From positions 22,947 through 86,946 of the forward strand of contig JBDHAB010000021.1 of NCBI GenBank assembly GCA_039588295.1: a stretch of DNA of 64,000 nucleotides, given 5' to 3'. Each line of letters starts with the position of its first letter. The stretch's first letter is position 1. The notes beneath the pieces were generated by a model, which was given only the letters and a program-made list of their open reading frames with translations, was not told where the DNA came from and made no database searches. The position numbers and the translations under genes were made by a program. Source of the DNA: Gemmatimonadota bacterium. Its GTDB lineage: Bacteria > Gemmatimonadota > Gemmatimonadetes > Gemmatimonadales > GWC2-71-9. Positions 9,726 to 19,520 of this stretch are shown here, in pieces.

Positions 9726-10620
9726 TACCGTCGAGATCAACGCTCACGCGAAGGCGAATCTCTTCGTCCGCGTGCTCGCGCAGGAGGCATCCGGGTATCA
9801 CTCGATCGAGACGCTGTTCACTCTGCTCGAGCTCCACGACGACCTGACCGTAGAGCGCGCGGAATCCGGGATCGAGCTGACGGTCGAGGGCGCCGATACG
9901 GGACCGGTCGAGCGGAACCTCGCCCACCGCGCTGCGGCCATGGTGCTTGCCGCGACCGGAAACCGGTTTGGCGTTCGCATGCGGCTCCGTAAGCGCACCC
10001 CCGTGATGGCTGGTCTCGGGGGGGGCTCGAGCAACGGAGCCGCGGCGTTGCACGCCGTCAACCGGCTTGCCGAGAACGCGGTTCCCAGACACGAGTTGCT
10101 GCAGTTCGCCGCCAAGCTCGGCAGTGACGTGCCGTTCCTTGCCGCTGGCGCACCGCTGGCACTGGCCTGGAGCCGCGGTGAACGAATGCTCCGGGTGCGG
10201 CCACCGCCGGCAGCACCCGTGCTCGTGGTGGTACCGCCCTTTGGCGTGAGCACCCGGGAAGCATACGAGCTGCTGGCCGCCGGTCGTGCCAAGGGCGAGC
10301 GTCGGGGGCCAATCCTCCTCGATGCCGCGGGATTCGACACCTGGGGCGCCATCGGCAGGCTTGGCGGCAACGACTTCGAGAGCGTGGTGTTCGGCTGGGA
10401 GCCGGCTCTGCGCGAGTGGTTCGAGCAGGTTGCCGAAACACGCCCACTGCTCGTTCGCCTCTCCGGCTCCGGATCGGCGATCGTCGCCGTGTACAAGAGT
10501 GACGCGGACCGCGACGCCGCTGCGCAGACAGTGGGCTCGCAGCACGCCGCGTTGATCGCGACGTCGACACGGGCCCAACCGGCACCGGGACCGGAGTACG
10601 TCGCCGCCGGTGGCGACTGA
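9718..10620 (+). CDS. ispE: 4-diphosphocytidyl-2-C-methyl-D-erythritol kinase
   Basis: AKANL, PVMAGLGGGSSN (GHMP motif), GSDVPF, NDFE, LSGSGS. Confidence 0.93.
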   Translation: MPDTVEINAHAKANLFVRVLAQEASGYHSIETLFTLLELHDDLTVERAESGIELTVEGADTGPVERNLAHRAAAMVLAATGNRFGVRMRLRKRTPVMAGLGGGSSNGAAALHAVNRLAENAVPRHELLQFAAKLGSDVPFLAAGAPLALAWSRGERMLRVRPPPAAPVLVVVPPFGVSTREAYELLAAGRAKGERRGPILLDAAGFDTWGAIGRLGGNDFESVVFGWEPALREWFEQVAETRPLLVRLSGSGSAIVAVYKSDADRDAAAQTVGSQHAALIATSTRAQPAPGPEYVAAGGD

Positions 10621-10667
10621 CCCACACCGCCCGTCGGTTCATGGTTAGCTTGGGTCACCAGTACCGG

Positions 10668-10706
10668 TGGCCCCCTCGTCCAATGGCAGGACGCCGGTCT
10701 TTGGAT
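10668..10706 (+). repeat. Displaced 5' half of tRNA-Gln (att-site copy)
   Basis: 10672-10706 is identical to 11982-12016 (35 bp), with one extra C in the acceptor strand; preceded by TAGCTT (-10-like) at 10646. Confidence 0.9.
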
Positions 10707-11022
10707 TCTTCTGTCGCGCGCTGTTCTGTGCGCATCTCTCTGAAATGACAAGCACTTAGCTCTGCGAGGTCGCTCCTCACGCCCGTTGGTGCGCGTCCGC
10801 AACGTGACAATCGAGAAGGGTCCCTTCGTCACACAGCGAGCGGAAAAGCGACACCCTCTAGCAGATAAGCCCGAAGAAGCTTATTATGGTTGGCTAAGCC
10901 CGATTGCTCGGAGCCGCTCGCATGGCAGAACTCTCCGACGGTCTCATAGCAACATGCTCCTCAGCGACCGTGTTGTTTCCTCCCAGTACCCTCCCAGGTG
11001 CGCTCCGCGCCAAGGAGTAACG

Positions 11023-11565
11023 ATGAACCGATTCGCCAAACCCGCACTCGCACTCGTTCTCGTCCTCTGTGTTCTCGTCCCCGCGACCGCGCACGCGCAG
11101 CGGGCGAACCGCGCCAAGACCCAGGAAGCGATGAAGGCCGCGCCGCAGGATCTCGCCCGCAACGCCACAATCATGGATTGGGATCAGACTGTCTTGCGCG
11201 AGGGAACGAATGGCTGGACGTGCATGCCAACACCGCCAGATCTCCCAGGCACCGCCCCTATGTGTCTGGACGAGCAGTGGGTCAATTGGGCACACGCTTG
11301 GCAGACCCGGACCACACCCACCTTCACGGGTATCGGTATTTCCTACATGCTGGAGGGAGATGAAGGCGCGAGCAACTCAGATCCCTACGGCACCAAGGAG
11401 ACAGCGACGGATTGGGTCGTGGCCGGACCGCACCTCATGATCGTCGTTCCCGATCCATCGCTGCTGGACGGCCTCACCACCGACCCCAACACCGGCGGCC
11501 CGTGGGTGATGTGGAAGGGAACACCATACGCGCACATCATGGTGCCGGTGGGCAAGCGCAAGTAG
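11023..11565 (+). CDS. Secreted hypothetical protein (island cargo)
   Basis: AAGGAG SD, ATG at 11023, signal peptide ending AHA, downstream hairpin. Confidence 0.85.
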   Translation: MNRFAKPALALVLVLCVLVPATAHAQRANRAKTQEAMKAAPQDLARNATIMDWDQTVLREGTNGWTCMPTPPDLPGTAPMCLDEQWVNWAHAWQTRTTPTFTGIGISYMLEGDEGASNSDPYGTKETATDWVVAGPHLMIVVPDPSLLDGLTTDPNTGGPWVMWKGTPYAHIMVPVGKRK

Positions 11566-11591
11566 CCGCTCAATCACTCCAGAGGAATGAT

Positions 11592-11636
11592 GGGGGGGAC
11601 CCCGTGCACCTCATTCGGCGCACGGAGTCCCCCCCC
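11592..11636 (+). terminator. GC-rich hairpin after the cargo gene
   Basis: GGGGGGGACCCCGTGC ... GCACGGAGTCCCCCCC. Confidence 0.65.
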
Positions 11637-11641
11637 GTTCG

Positions 11642-11803
11642 CAGTCCTACACCTATCACCACGGTCCGAACGGTCAGTTAATTCGGGTCGGCGTCTATCA
11701 GGTCGCGCGTGAACTGGGCCATCGCAATACAGACATGGTCGAGCAGGTGTACGGCCACGTAGCGCCCAGGCCGGAGAGGTTGCGGCCAGAGGTCCGCTAC
11801 CCG
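11642..11803 (+). pseudogene. Tyrosine recombinase/integrase C-terminal fragment
   Basis: Frame reads VGVYQVARELGHRNTDMVEQVYGHV (box II LGH plus catalytic Y-x-H); N-terminal part absent; 3' boundary approximate. Confidence 0.75.
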
Positions 11804-11978
11804 ACTAATGGGACTTGGACGCCGACTAGCGACGGAGCCTGGTTGGCAGTTCATCAATCCGGCGCTAGGATTCACGACGCCTGGACGCGCCAAGGGCGGA
11901 TGGCGTGTGACAATGGGCGTGACACCAGCGGAGACAAAGAACCTCCCAATGTTGTAAACTGTTGTTCGGCAAGCACTT

Positions 11979-12049
11979 TGGCCCCTCGTCCAATGGCAGG
12001 ACGCCGGTCTTTGGATCCGGAAATGATGGTTCGAATCCATCGGGGCCAA
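11979..12049 (+). tRNA. tRNA-Gln (TTG)
   Basis: Acceptor TGGCCCC/GGGGCCA, D-arm GTCC..GGAC, anticodon loop CT-TTG-GA, T-arm GATGG-TTCGAAT-CCATC; CCA not encoded. Confidence 0.95.
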
Positions 12050-12077
12050 TTCCGCACTCTCCTCTCGAGGTGAAGGA

Positions 12078-13883
12078 ATGAAACTCCCCTCGATCCAAGC
12101 ACTCGTTGACGCCACGCGCGCCACGGCGCGGCGCTTCCCGATGGTTCTTCTTGCGGCAGTCGTGGCAGCGGCGGCGGGTGTCGTTGCCACATTCGACGGC
12201 GTCGACGAGGAGATCTGGTTGCGGATATTCGGCGTGGCGGCGATGGGGATTCCCTACTACCTGGCAGTCGGCCTCCTGGCCGAGCGGCGGGGTTGGACGT
12301 TCCTCGCTTCCGCTGTCACGTGGGTGTTGGGGGCGGTGCTCCTGGTCAGTTTCTATCTGTCTTGGCTGAACTGGTCCGAGCCGGTGGCAGTGGGCCGCTA
12401 CATGCAGGTGAGTGTGGGGCTGCATCTGCTGGTCGCGGTGCTGCCCTTCGTGGGTGTGACCGAGCACCGTGGCTTCTGGCAGTTCAATCACGACCTGCTG
12501 CTCCGATTCCTCACCGCAGCGGTCTACTCCGCCGTGCTGTACGGAGGCCTCGCCATCGCCCTCGTGGCCGTGGACAACCTGTTCGGGCTCGAAGTGGCGG
12601 AGGTGACCTATCTTCGCCTCTGGATCGTCATCGCCTTCCTGTTCAATACGTGGTTCTTCCTCGGGGGCGTGCCGGGGAACCTGGCAGCCCTCGACCAGGT
12701 CGCCGACTACCCCAAGGGACTCAAGATCTTCACGCAGTACATGCTCATCCCGATCGTGGTCGTGTATCTCGTCATCCTCACGACCTACCTGGGGAAGGTG
12801 CTGGTGACGACCGTGTGGCCGAGCGGGTGGATTGGCTGGCTCGTCTCGAGCGTGGCCGCCGTGGGCATCTTCTCGCTCTTACTCGTTCATCCCATCACGG
12901 AGTGGGTAGAGAATCGGTGGATTCGAACGTACGCCCGCGGGTTCTACATTGCGCTGCTGCCAGCGATCGTCATGCTGTGGCTCGCGATCTGGAAGCGCAT
13001 CGAGCAGTATGGCGTCACCGAGCCTCGCTACTTCCTGGCCGTGCTCTCCATTTGGCTCGCCGGCATCGCCGTGTACTACGCCGTTCGCCGCTCCCGGAGC
13101 ATCAAGATCATTCCCGCATCACTCTGCGTGGCCGCGTTCGTCACGTTTGCCGGGCCGTGGAGTGCGTACCGCGTGTCGGAGTCCAGCCAGGTCCGTCGAT
13201 TGGAGGGCCTCCTGACGCGGAATGAGATCCTCCGGGAGGGACAGCTCCAGCGTGCCGGGGCACCGGTATCCTTCGACGATGGCAAGGAGATCAGCGCAAT
13301 CCTTCGGTACCTCATCAGCACGCACGGAACCGGGGCGCTGGAAGGTTGGTTCGATGGCTCTCTGGCGTCTGTGGACACGGTTACGGACGATACGGGTCCC
13401 TCGCCTCCCGGCGAAGCCGACGAGCGTGCACGGCTCATCACGGCATTCACCGGCGTCGACTACGTCAGCTCGGGAGAGGCACGCCGCCCGGGAAGCTTCT
13501 CGTACGCCGCGGCCTGGCGGGAGGAAGCGATCCCGATCGAGGGCTACGACTTCGCATGGCGGGGTGAGGGCTTCTTGGGCGACTCCGCCGCGATTGGCGA
13601 GCGATTGACGCTGCGGTACGATTCGACGGCGGCCGCAATCCGCCTCTCTGCACGCGACACGCTGCTGGCAGAGATCCCGCTTCAGCCCATCCTCGACTCC
13701 GCAAGCACTTATCGGGAACGTGCCCGCCCGGACCGCCGGATACCGCCCACCGTCATGCGCGCGCTCGTCGACAACGATCGCGTACGCCTCGCGGTGTATG
13801 TCTCCAATGTCCAGGGACGGGAGATCGAGGATCGCTTCGAGCTCCAGACCCTCGCCCTGGATCTGTTCTACACGATCAAGTAG
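12078..13883 (+). CDS. DUF4153 family multi-pass membrane protein
   Basis: About 10 TM segments, RIEQYGVTEPRY, GPWSAYRVSESSQ. Confidence 0.8.
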   Translation: MKLPSIQALVDATRATARRFPMVLLAAVVAAAAGVVATFDGVDEEIWLRIFGVAAMGIPYYLAVGLLAERRGWTFLASAVTWVLGAVLLVSFYLSWLNWSEPVAVGRYMQVSVGLHLLVAVLPFVGVTEHRGFWQFNHDLLLRFLTAAVYSAVLYGGLAIALVAVDNLFGLEVAEVTYLRLWIVIAFLFNTWFFLGGVPGNLAALDQVADYPKGLKIFTQYMLIPIVVVYLVILTTYLGKVLVTTVWPSGWIGWLVSSVAAVGIFSLLLVHPITEWVENRWIRTYARGFYIALLPAIVMLWLAIWKRIEQYGVTEPRYFLAVLSIWLAGIAVYYAVRRSRSIKIIPASLCVAAFVTFAGPWSAYRVSESSQVRRLEGLLTRNEILREGQLQRAGAPVSFDDGKEISAILRYLISTHGTGALEGWFDGSLASVDTVTDDTGPSPPGEADERARLITAFTGVDYVSSGEARRPGSFSYAAAWREEAIPIEGYDFAWRGEGFLGDSAAIGERLTLRYDSTAAAIRLSARDTLLAEIPLQPILDSASTYRERARPDRRIPPTVMRALVDNDRVRLAVYVSNVQGREIEDRFELQTLALDLFYTIK

Positions 13884-13886
13884 ACC

Positions 13887-14147
13887 TTAGTCGGCCTTGA
13901 TCTTGAACAGCTGATCGTGGGGCCGCGCCCGCGCGACCACCTGGATCGCCACCTCTTGACCCTTCTTGGCCTGCTCGACCTTCTGATGGTCCACTTCCAT
14001 CGACACGATCCGCTCCGTGAAGTCACTCGTGTGACCCACAAAACGCACCTCGTCCCCGACGACCAGCTCGCCATCGGTGACCTTGACGACCGCCACGCTG
14101 GGTCCTTTGAAGAAATGCGTGACCACTCCGACCAATTGCTCCGACAT
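13887..14147 (-). CDS. Small translation-factor-like beta-barrel protein (EF-Tu domain II / U32 C-terminal-like)
   Basis: VGVVTHFF...VAVV, GHTSDF..IVSMEVDH..VEQAKKGQEVAI; GAGGA SD. Confidence 0.75.
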   Translation of the reverse strand: MSEQLVGVVTHFFKGPSVAVVKVTDGELVVGDEVRFVGHTSDFTERIVSMEVDHQKVEQAKKGQEVAIQVVARARPHDQLFKIKAD

Positions 14148-14354
14148 GGTGTCCTCGGCGCCCGGTGATGCGTTGCTGTTCCCTCCGAAGTCGGAGATAC
14201 CACGGTTCCGCCCGCGGCGCTAGAGCGACGCGCGGTCTGAGCGTCCCCCGGCCCACGTGGCCTCCGAATCGCCCGAGGGCTGCAAACCCGGGGGCCGTTG
14301 CACCATCTTTGTGATGAGAGGCCCAGAGCCGGACCGCTGACCGGACGTGATGCG

Positions 14355-14744
14355 ATGACCTTGGCGCTGTACCACCGAACGTCGATCCTGGAGGCCCGCG
14401 GCATCGTGGAGCGGGGCTTCGAGGACGTGGACTGGGATTTCGGGTTGCGGGACGCCCGCACCGGCGAAGAGACCGTCGTCACGGGGGTCTGGGTGGCGGA
14501 CCGGCAGCTGGGCGCCGGCGACGGCATTGAGGGAGACGCCCTCATCGAGGTCTCGCTGGACGTCGCGGCAGAAGACCTGAAGAGCTTCGAGCTCGAGGGC
14601 ATGCTGTGGGACGCCCGCGTCTGGGTGGTTCCGGCCGAGCTCCTCAACGCACGAGGCAAGGCACGCATCCTCACCGTGGATCCCAACACCTCGTGGTTTC
14701 ACCAGGCGTGGGACGGAGACGGTCAGACCCCCGGCCCGGAGTAG
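14355..14744 (+). CDS. Hypothetical protein, possible ADP-ribosyltransferase-like fold
   Basis: LYHRTS..ARGIVERGF ... GVWVAD ... LIEV. Confidence 0.6.
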   Translation: MTLALYHRTSILEARGIVERGFEDVDWDFGLRDARTGEETVVTGVWVADRQLGAGDGIEGDALIEVSLDVAAEDLKSFELEGMLWDARVWVVPAELLNARGKARILTVDPNTSWFHQAWDGDGQTPGPE

Positions 14745-14802
14745 CCCGTCCGCTCACCCCCTGTCAGCCAGTCAGACGGTTGGTCACCGGGCGGCAAGAA
14801 CC

Positions 14803-15087
14803 ATGACCCCAGGAATCCAGCACGACGAACCTGCGGGCAAGTTCTTCACGATTCTGGAGGGCCGGGAGGCCCACCTCACCTACAAGGTCGTGGATGAGCA
14901 TGCGCTCGATTTCCGGCACACCTACGTCCCGGTCGAGCTTCGCGGTCGGGGGTTGGCGAAGGCGCTGGTCGCTGCCGCGTTCGCGCATGCCGGCGAGCGT
15001 GGGTACCGCGTAATTCCCACGTGTTCGTTCGTTCGCTGGCTGGCTGACCGCGTCGACGAGTACGGCGAACTCACGCTCAGTCACTAG
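14803..15087 (+). CDS. GNAT family N-acetyltransferase (YjdJ-like)
   Basis: HTYVPVELRGRGLAKAL, VIPTCSF. Confidence 0.85.
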   Translation: MTPGIQHDEPAGKFFTILEGREAHLTYKVVDEHALDFRHTYVPVELRGRGLAKALVAAAFAHAGERGYRVIPTCSFVRWLADRVDEYGELTLSH

Positions 15088-15155
15088 CCGTCCAGGTCTC
15101 GGGTACTCAGCGCCCCACATCGCCGACGTCGATCCTCCGCACGCCGTCGCCCGGG

Positions 15156-15184
15156 TTGGCGTCGGGTACACAATCAAGTATTTT
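15156..15184 (+). promoter_or_regulatory. Putative sigma70 promoter for prs
   Basis: TTGGCG-17 bp-TATTTT. Confidence 0.5.
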
Positions 15185-15195
15185 CGATGGCTATT

Positions 15196-16149
15196 ATGGC
15201 GGATATCTCTCTTACCTCGAGCAAGATGCTGTTGATGGCCGGGACGGCGAACCGTCCGCTGGCCGAAGAGATCGCGGCGCAGCTCGGGCAGCCACTGTGC
15301 CAGGTGACCATCCGGCGCTTCGCCGATGGTGAGATCTTCGCCAAGATCGACGAAAATGTGCGGGGCCAGGATGTATTCATCATCCAGCCGACGAATCCGC
15401 CGGCGGAGAACATCCTCGAGCTACTGATCCTCATTGACGCCGTCAAGCGCGCGAGCGCGGCGCGGGTGACGGCGATCATTCCCTACTTTGGGTACGCCCG
15501 GCAGGACCGGAAAGACCAGCCGCGGGTCGCGATCAGCGCCAAGCTGATGGCGAACATCATCACCACGGCGGGAGCCGAGCGGGTGCTCGGGTTGGACTTT
15601 CATCAGCACCAGCTGCAGGGATTCTTCGACGTTCCCGTCGATCATCTCTATGCCGCTCCGGTGCTCGTGCAGCACTACCATCAGAAGAGTCTGCACAAGC
15701 CGGTCGTGGTCGCACCCGATGTCGGCGGGGCGAAGATCGCCCGTGGGTTCGCCAAGCGGCTCGACGCGTCGCTCGCGATCATCGACAAGCGACGGCCGTC
15801 GGCGAACATCGCAGAGGTCGTCAATGTGGTCGGCGAGGTGGACGAGCGAGACTGCCTCCTGGTGGACGACCTGATCGATACCGGGGGGACGATGGCGGAG
15901 GGCGTCATGGCGCTCAAGCGGCTTGGGGCGCGGGATGTGTACTGCTGCGCATCGCACGCATTGTTGTCCGGCCCGGCCATCGACAGACTGGCGTCGTCAG
16001 CCGTCACCGAAGTGGCGGTCACCAACACCATTCGGATCCCGGAGGAGCGGCGGTTCGCGAAGTTGACGGTGCTCTCGATCGCCCCGCTCCTCGCACAGGC
16101 AATTCGATTCACCCATAGCGATCAGTCGGTCAGCTCGCTATTCGACTGA
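15196..16149 (+). CDS. prs: Ribose-phosphate pyrophosphokinase
   Basis: FADGEI, PYFGYARQDRK, VAPDVGG, DDLIDTGGT. Confidence 0.97.
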   Translation: MADISLTSSKMLLMAGTANRPLAEEIAAQLGQPLCQVTIRRFADGEIFAKIDENVRGQDVFIIQPTNPPAENILELLILIDAVKRASAARVTAIIPYFGYARQDRKDQPRVAISAKLMANIITTAGAERVLGLDFHQHQLQGFFDVPVDHLYAAPVLVQHYHQKSLHKPVVVAPDVGGAKIARGFAKRLDASLAIIDKRRPSANIAEVVNVVGEVDERDCLLVDDLIDTGGTMAEGVMALKRLGARDVYCCASHALLSGPAIDRLASSAVTEVAVTNTIRIPEERRFAKLTVLSIAPLLAQAIRFTHSDQSVSSLFD

Positions 16150-16180
16150 TCTCGATACAAGCAATGGACAGAAGAGAGTT

Positions 16181-16855
16181 ATGGCTGAGACAGTGACACT
16201 CAATGCCGAGCGTCGTGACGACACCGGTAAGGGCGCGGCCCGGAAGCTGCGCCAGCGTGGGAAGATCCCGGCTGTCGTCTACGGCCACGGCCGCGACCCG
16301 GAAGCCCTGACCGTCTCCCAAATGGAGCTCGATCGGGTCTTGCAGCAGATCGCCGGAGGCTCGAGCCTCGTCGATCTCACGGTGGACGGCAAGGGACTAC
16401 GCGCCCTCATCCGTGAGATTCAGCGACATCCCACCAGAAAGACCGTGACCCACGTGGACTTCTACGAGGTGCATGCGGGCGAGCGGTTGTCACTCGATGT
16501 CCCGATTGCGCTGAGTGGGTCTCCGGAAGGGGTCCGCAATGCCGGGGGCGTGCTCGAGCAATTCGTCCGGGAACTGAGCATCGAGGTCCTCCCGAGGCAC
16601 ATCCCGGAGCGAATCGAGTTGGACGTGACCGAGCTCCGCGTCGGGAACTCGATGCACGTCGGTGACATCACCGTTCCGAACGCGAAGATCCTGACCGACC
16701 CCGACGCGACCATCTGTACGATCGTCCCGCCGCGGGTGGAAGAAGTGCCGACGGTGGAGGTCGTGGAAGAGGAAGAGGCAGAGCCGGAGCTCATTCGCAA
16801 GCCGAGAGCCGAAGAGGAAGAAGCAGAGGAGCCTGGGGAAGCGTCCGAGGAGTAA
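16181..16855 (+). CDS. rplY: 50S ribosomal protein L25 / Ctc
   Basis: [22 protein letters not shown], acidic tail. Confidence 0.95.
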   Translation: MAETVTLNAERRDDTGKGAARKLRQRGKIPAVVYGHGRDPEALTVSQMELDRVLQQIAGGSSLVDLTVDGKGLRALIREIQRHPTRKTVTHVDFYEVHAGERLSLDVPIALSGSPEGVRNAGGVLEQFVRELSIEVLPRHIPERIELDVTELRVGNSMHVGDITVPNAKILTDPDATICTIVPPRVEEVPTVEVVEEEEAEPELIRKPRAEEEEAEEPGEASEE

Positions 16856-16857
16856 CC

Positions 16858-17398
16858 CTGCGGACCGTTGTCGCGCTCGGCAATCCGGGGCCGAAGTACG
16901 CGGTCACCCGTCACAACGCGGGGTTTCTCCTGGCGGACGTGCTCGCCGAACAGTGGAGCCTGCCCCGGTTCCGCAGGGTGGGGAGGACGCGGGTGACAGA
17001 GGGATCCTGTGGAACCGAGCGGTTCGCGCTCCTCAAGCCCCAGACGTACATGAATCTCAGTGGCGACGCCATCAGCCCCCTGCTGGCCTCGTCCACCTTC
17101 GATCCGTCGCGCGATCTCTTGGTGGTGGTCGACGATATTGCACTGCCGCTCGGCAGTTTCCGGCTGCGTGCGCGGGGCTCTGCGGGGGGGCACAACGGAC
17201 TGCAAAGCATCGAAGACGCACTCGGGACCGACCAGTACGCCCGACGTGCTCGAGTCGTTCGACAGAGACGAGCTGGCGACACTGGCGGACCTGTTGCCCA
17301 CGCTGGCCGACGCCGTGGAGTGTTGGCTGGTCGACGGCATCGAGCCGGCGATGAACCGATTCAACCGACGTGGAACCGGAGACGGAGAGGCAGAGTGA
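16858..17398 (+). pseudogene. pth: Peptidyl-tRNA hydrolase with internal deletion/frameshift near 17243 (or assembly error)
   Basis: CTG start after [39 protein letters not shown]. The LRIG.G segment is missing and the C-terminus VLESF...AMNRFN lies in another frame, ending at 17398. Confidence 0.85.
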
Positions 17399-19452
17399 GT
17401 CAATTCGCGTACTTGCCCACTTCCGCCATCGTGGCGGGCGCCGTGGGCCTGATCATCGCTTGGGCGACGTTCATGTATGTCCGGCGGCAACCCGCCGGCA
17501 ACGAGCTGATGCGGGGCATCCAGGAACAAGTGCACACCGGCGCCATGACCTTCCTGAGGCGCGAGTACATGTACCTGGTGCCGTTTCTGGCCATCGTCGC
17601 CGTCCTGCTCGGGATCGTCATCGGCTGGCCCACTGCGATTGCCTACCTGGGCGGCGGGATCTGCTCCATCCTCGCGGGCTTCTTCGGTATGAGGTCCGCG
17701 ACCCAGGCCAACGCCCGCACGAGCGAGGCCGCCCGGGATAAGGGCCAGGCGATGGCCCTGCGCGTCGCGTTCAACGGCGGCGCGGTGATGGGGCTTTCCG
17801 TCGCCAGCCTCGGCCTGCTCGGCGTCGGTCTGGTGCTGCAGGTGTTCCTGGGCACACCCGACACGCAGGAAGCGTGGAAGGCGTTCAGTGAGATCATCAC
17901 GGGCTTTGCGATGGGCGCATCATCGATCGCGCTGTTCGCCCGTGTCGGCGGCGGCATCTTCACCAAGGCTGCCGACGTCGGCGCCGATCTGGTCGGAAAG
18001 GTGGAGGCCGGGATCCCGGAGGACGATCCCCGAAACCCAGCCACGATCGCCGACAACGTCGGCGACAACGTCGGTGATGTTGCGGGTATGGGTGCGGACA
18101 TCTTCGAGAGCTATGTCGGTGCCGTGATCGCGACCATCGCGATCGGGGCGACGAGCCCCGCAATCTCCAGCCAACTTGGAGCCATCGCCCTGCCGATGCT
18201 GTACATCCTCGCCGGGCTCGCGGCGAGCGTGATCGCGATTGGATTGTTCCGGATTCTCGAGAACTTCAGCCCGGCGGGTGCGCTGCGCTGGGCAACCTTC
18301 ATCGCCGCCGGGCTGTTCCTCGTCGCGGCCTACTTCATCACGAGGCAAGTCGATATCGGCCTGACCCTCCAGAACGGGAACTCGAGCGCCCTGGGGCCGT
18401 TCTGGGCGGTGGTGGTTGGCACGATCGCCGGGATCCTCATCGGGCTGGCCACGGAGTATTACACGGGGGCCAAGCCGATCCGGACCATTGCGGAGGCCTC
18501 GCTCACGGGCCCAGCCACGAATATCATCGCCGGACTGGCCATCGGAATGCGCTCGACCGCGATCCCACTCCTCGTCATCTGCGGTGCGATCTTCGTCGCC
18601 TACAGCACCGCGGACCTGTACGGGATCGGCATCGCCGCCGTCGGGATGCTCGCGACGGTCGGGGTGACGATGTCAGTCGACGCCTATGGCCCGATCGCCG
18701 ACAACGCGGGCGGCATCAGCGAGATGAGTGGCCTGGGACCCGACGTCCGCAAGATCACCGACACCCTGGACGCCCTTGGCAACACGACCGCGGCTATGGG
18801 CAAGGGCTTCGCCATCGGTTCTGCCGCGTTGACGGCCCTGGCGCTCTTCTCGGCGTTCACCAATGCCGTCACCCCTCCGGGCGCCGACCCGATCACGCTC
18901 AACGTGGCCAACCCGAAGGTGGTCATCGGGATGTTCCTGGGGGGCATCCTTCCCTTCTTCATCGCCGCCACGACCATGACCGCCGTGGGGCGCGCGGCCG
19001 AGGGGATGGTGCAGGAGGTACGGCGTCAGTTCCGAGAGATCGCCGGACTCATGGAAGGCACCGCCAAACCCGACAGTGCCCGCTGCGTGGATATCTCAAC
19101 TCGGGCGGCGCTCCGCGAGATGATCCTGCCGGGTGTGACCGCGGTGGTGGCGCCGGTGATCGTCGGGAAGTTCCTGGGCGTCGAGACCCTGGGCGGCCTG
19201 CTTGCCGGCGCGACCCTGACCGGGGTGATGCTCGCGCTGTTCATGGCGAACGCCGGGGGGGCCTGGGACAATGCCAAGAAATACATCGAGGGCGGAGCGC
19301 ACGGCGGGAAGGGATCCGATCCGCATAAGGCCGCCGTCGTGGGGGACACCGTCGGCGATCCGTTCAAGGACACGAGCGGCCCGTCGCTCAACATCCTCAT
19401 CAAGCTGATGGCGGTGGTGAGCCTCGTCCTCGCGCCGTGGTTCCTTAGCTAG
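17395..19452 (+). CDS. hppA: K+-dependent, probably Na+-translocating membrane pyrophosphatase
   Basis: GTG at 17395 overlaps the pth stop; [42 protein letters not shown] (K+-dependent Ala), [10 protein letters not shown]. Confidence 0.93.
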   Translation: MSQFAYLPTSAIVAGAVGLIIAWATFMYVRRQPAGNELMRGIQEQVHTGAMTFLRREYMYLVPFLAIVAVLLGIVIGWPTAIAYLGGGICSILAGFFGMRSATQANARTSEAARDKGQAMALRVAFNGGAVMGLSVASLGLLGVGLVLQVFLGTPDTQEAWKAFSEIITGFAMGASSIALFARVGGGIFTKAADVGADLVGKVEAGIPEDDPRNPATIADNVGDNVGDVAGMGADIFESYVGAVIATIAIGATSPAISSQLGAIALPMLYILAGLAASVIAIGLFRILENFSPAGALRWATFIAAGLFLVAAYFITRQVDIGLTLQNGNSSALGPFWAVVVGTIAGILIGLATEYYTGAKPIRTIAEASLTGPATNIIAGLAIGMRSTAIPLLVICGAIFVAYSTADLYGIGIAAVGMLATVGVTMSVDAYGPIADNAGGISEMSGLGPDVRKITDTLDALGNTTAAMGKGFAIGSAALTALALFSAFTNAVTPPGADPITLNVANPKVVIGMFLGGILPFFIAATTMTAVGRAAEGMVQEVRRQFREIAGLMEGTAKPDSARCVDISTRAALREMILPGVTAVVAPVIVGKFLGVETLGGLLAGATLTGVMLALFMANAGGAWDNAKKYIEGGAHGGKGSDPHKAAVVGDTVGDPFKDTSGPSLNILIKLMAVVSLVLAPWFLS

Positions 19453-19520
19453 CGGCGGAGCGGCGGACCGACGGTGAAGCTCCGTCGGTCCGCCAACGCT
19501 TCGCCGAACTGCCGCTTCGC

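Larger units (their letters stand above)
10668..12016. mobile_element. Decayed integrative element (~1.3 kb) in tRNA-Gln
   Basis: Flanking direct repeats of the tRNA half, tyrosine integrase C-terminal remnant, one cargo gene. Confidence 0.75.

Noticed and set aside
10866..10903. TAAGCCCGA direct repeat (two copies)
   Set aside because: Only two short copies; no function can be supported
10786..11022. N-terminal extension of the cargo ORF
   Set aside because: The SD and signal peptide point to ATG 11023
16939..19452. 837 aa ORF as an evolved Pth-pyrophosphatase fusion
   Set aside because: The linker is out-of-frame pth sequence, and hppA has its own GTG overlapping the true pth stop; better explained by a deletion
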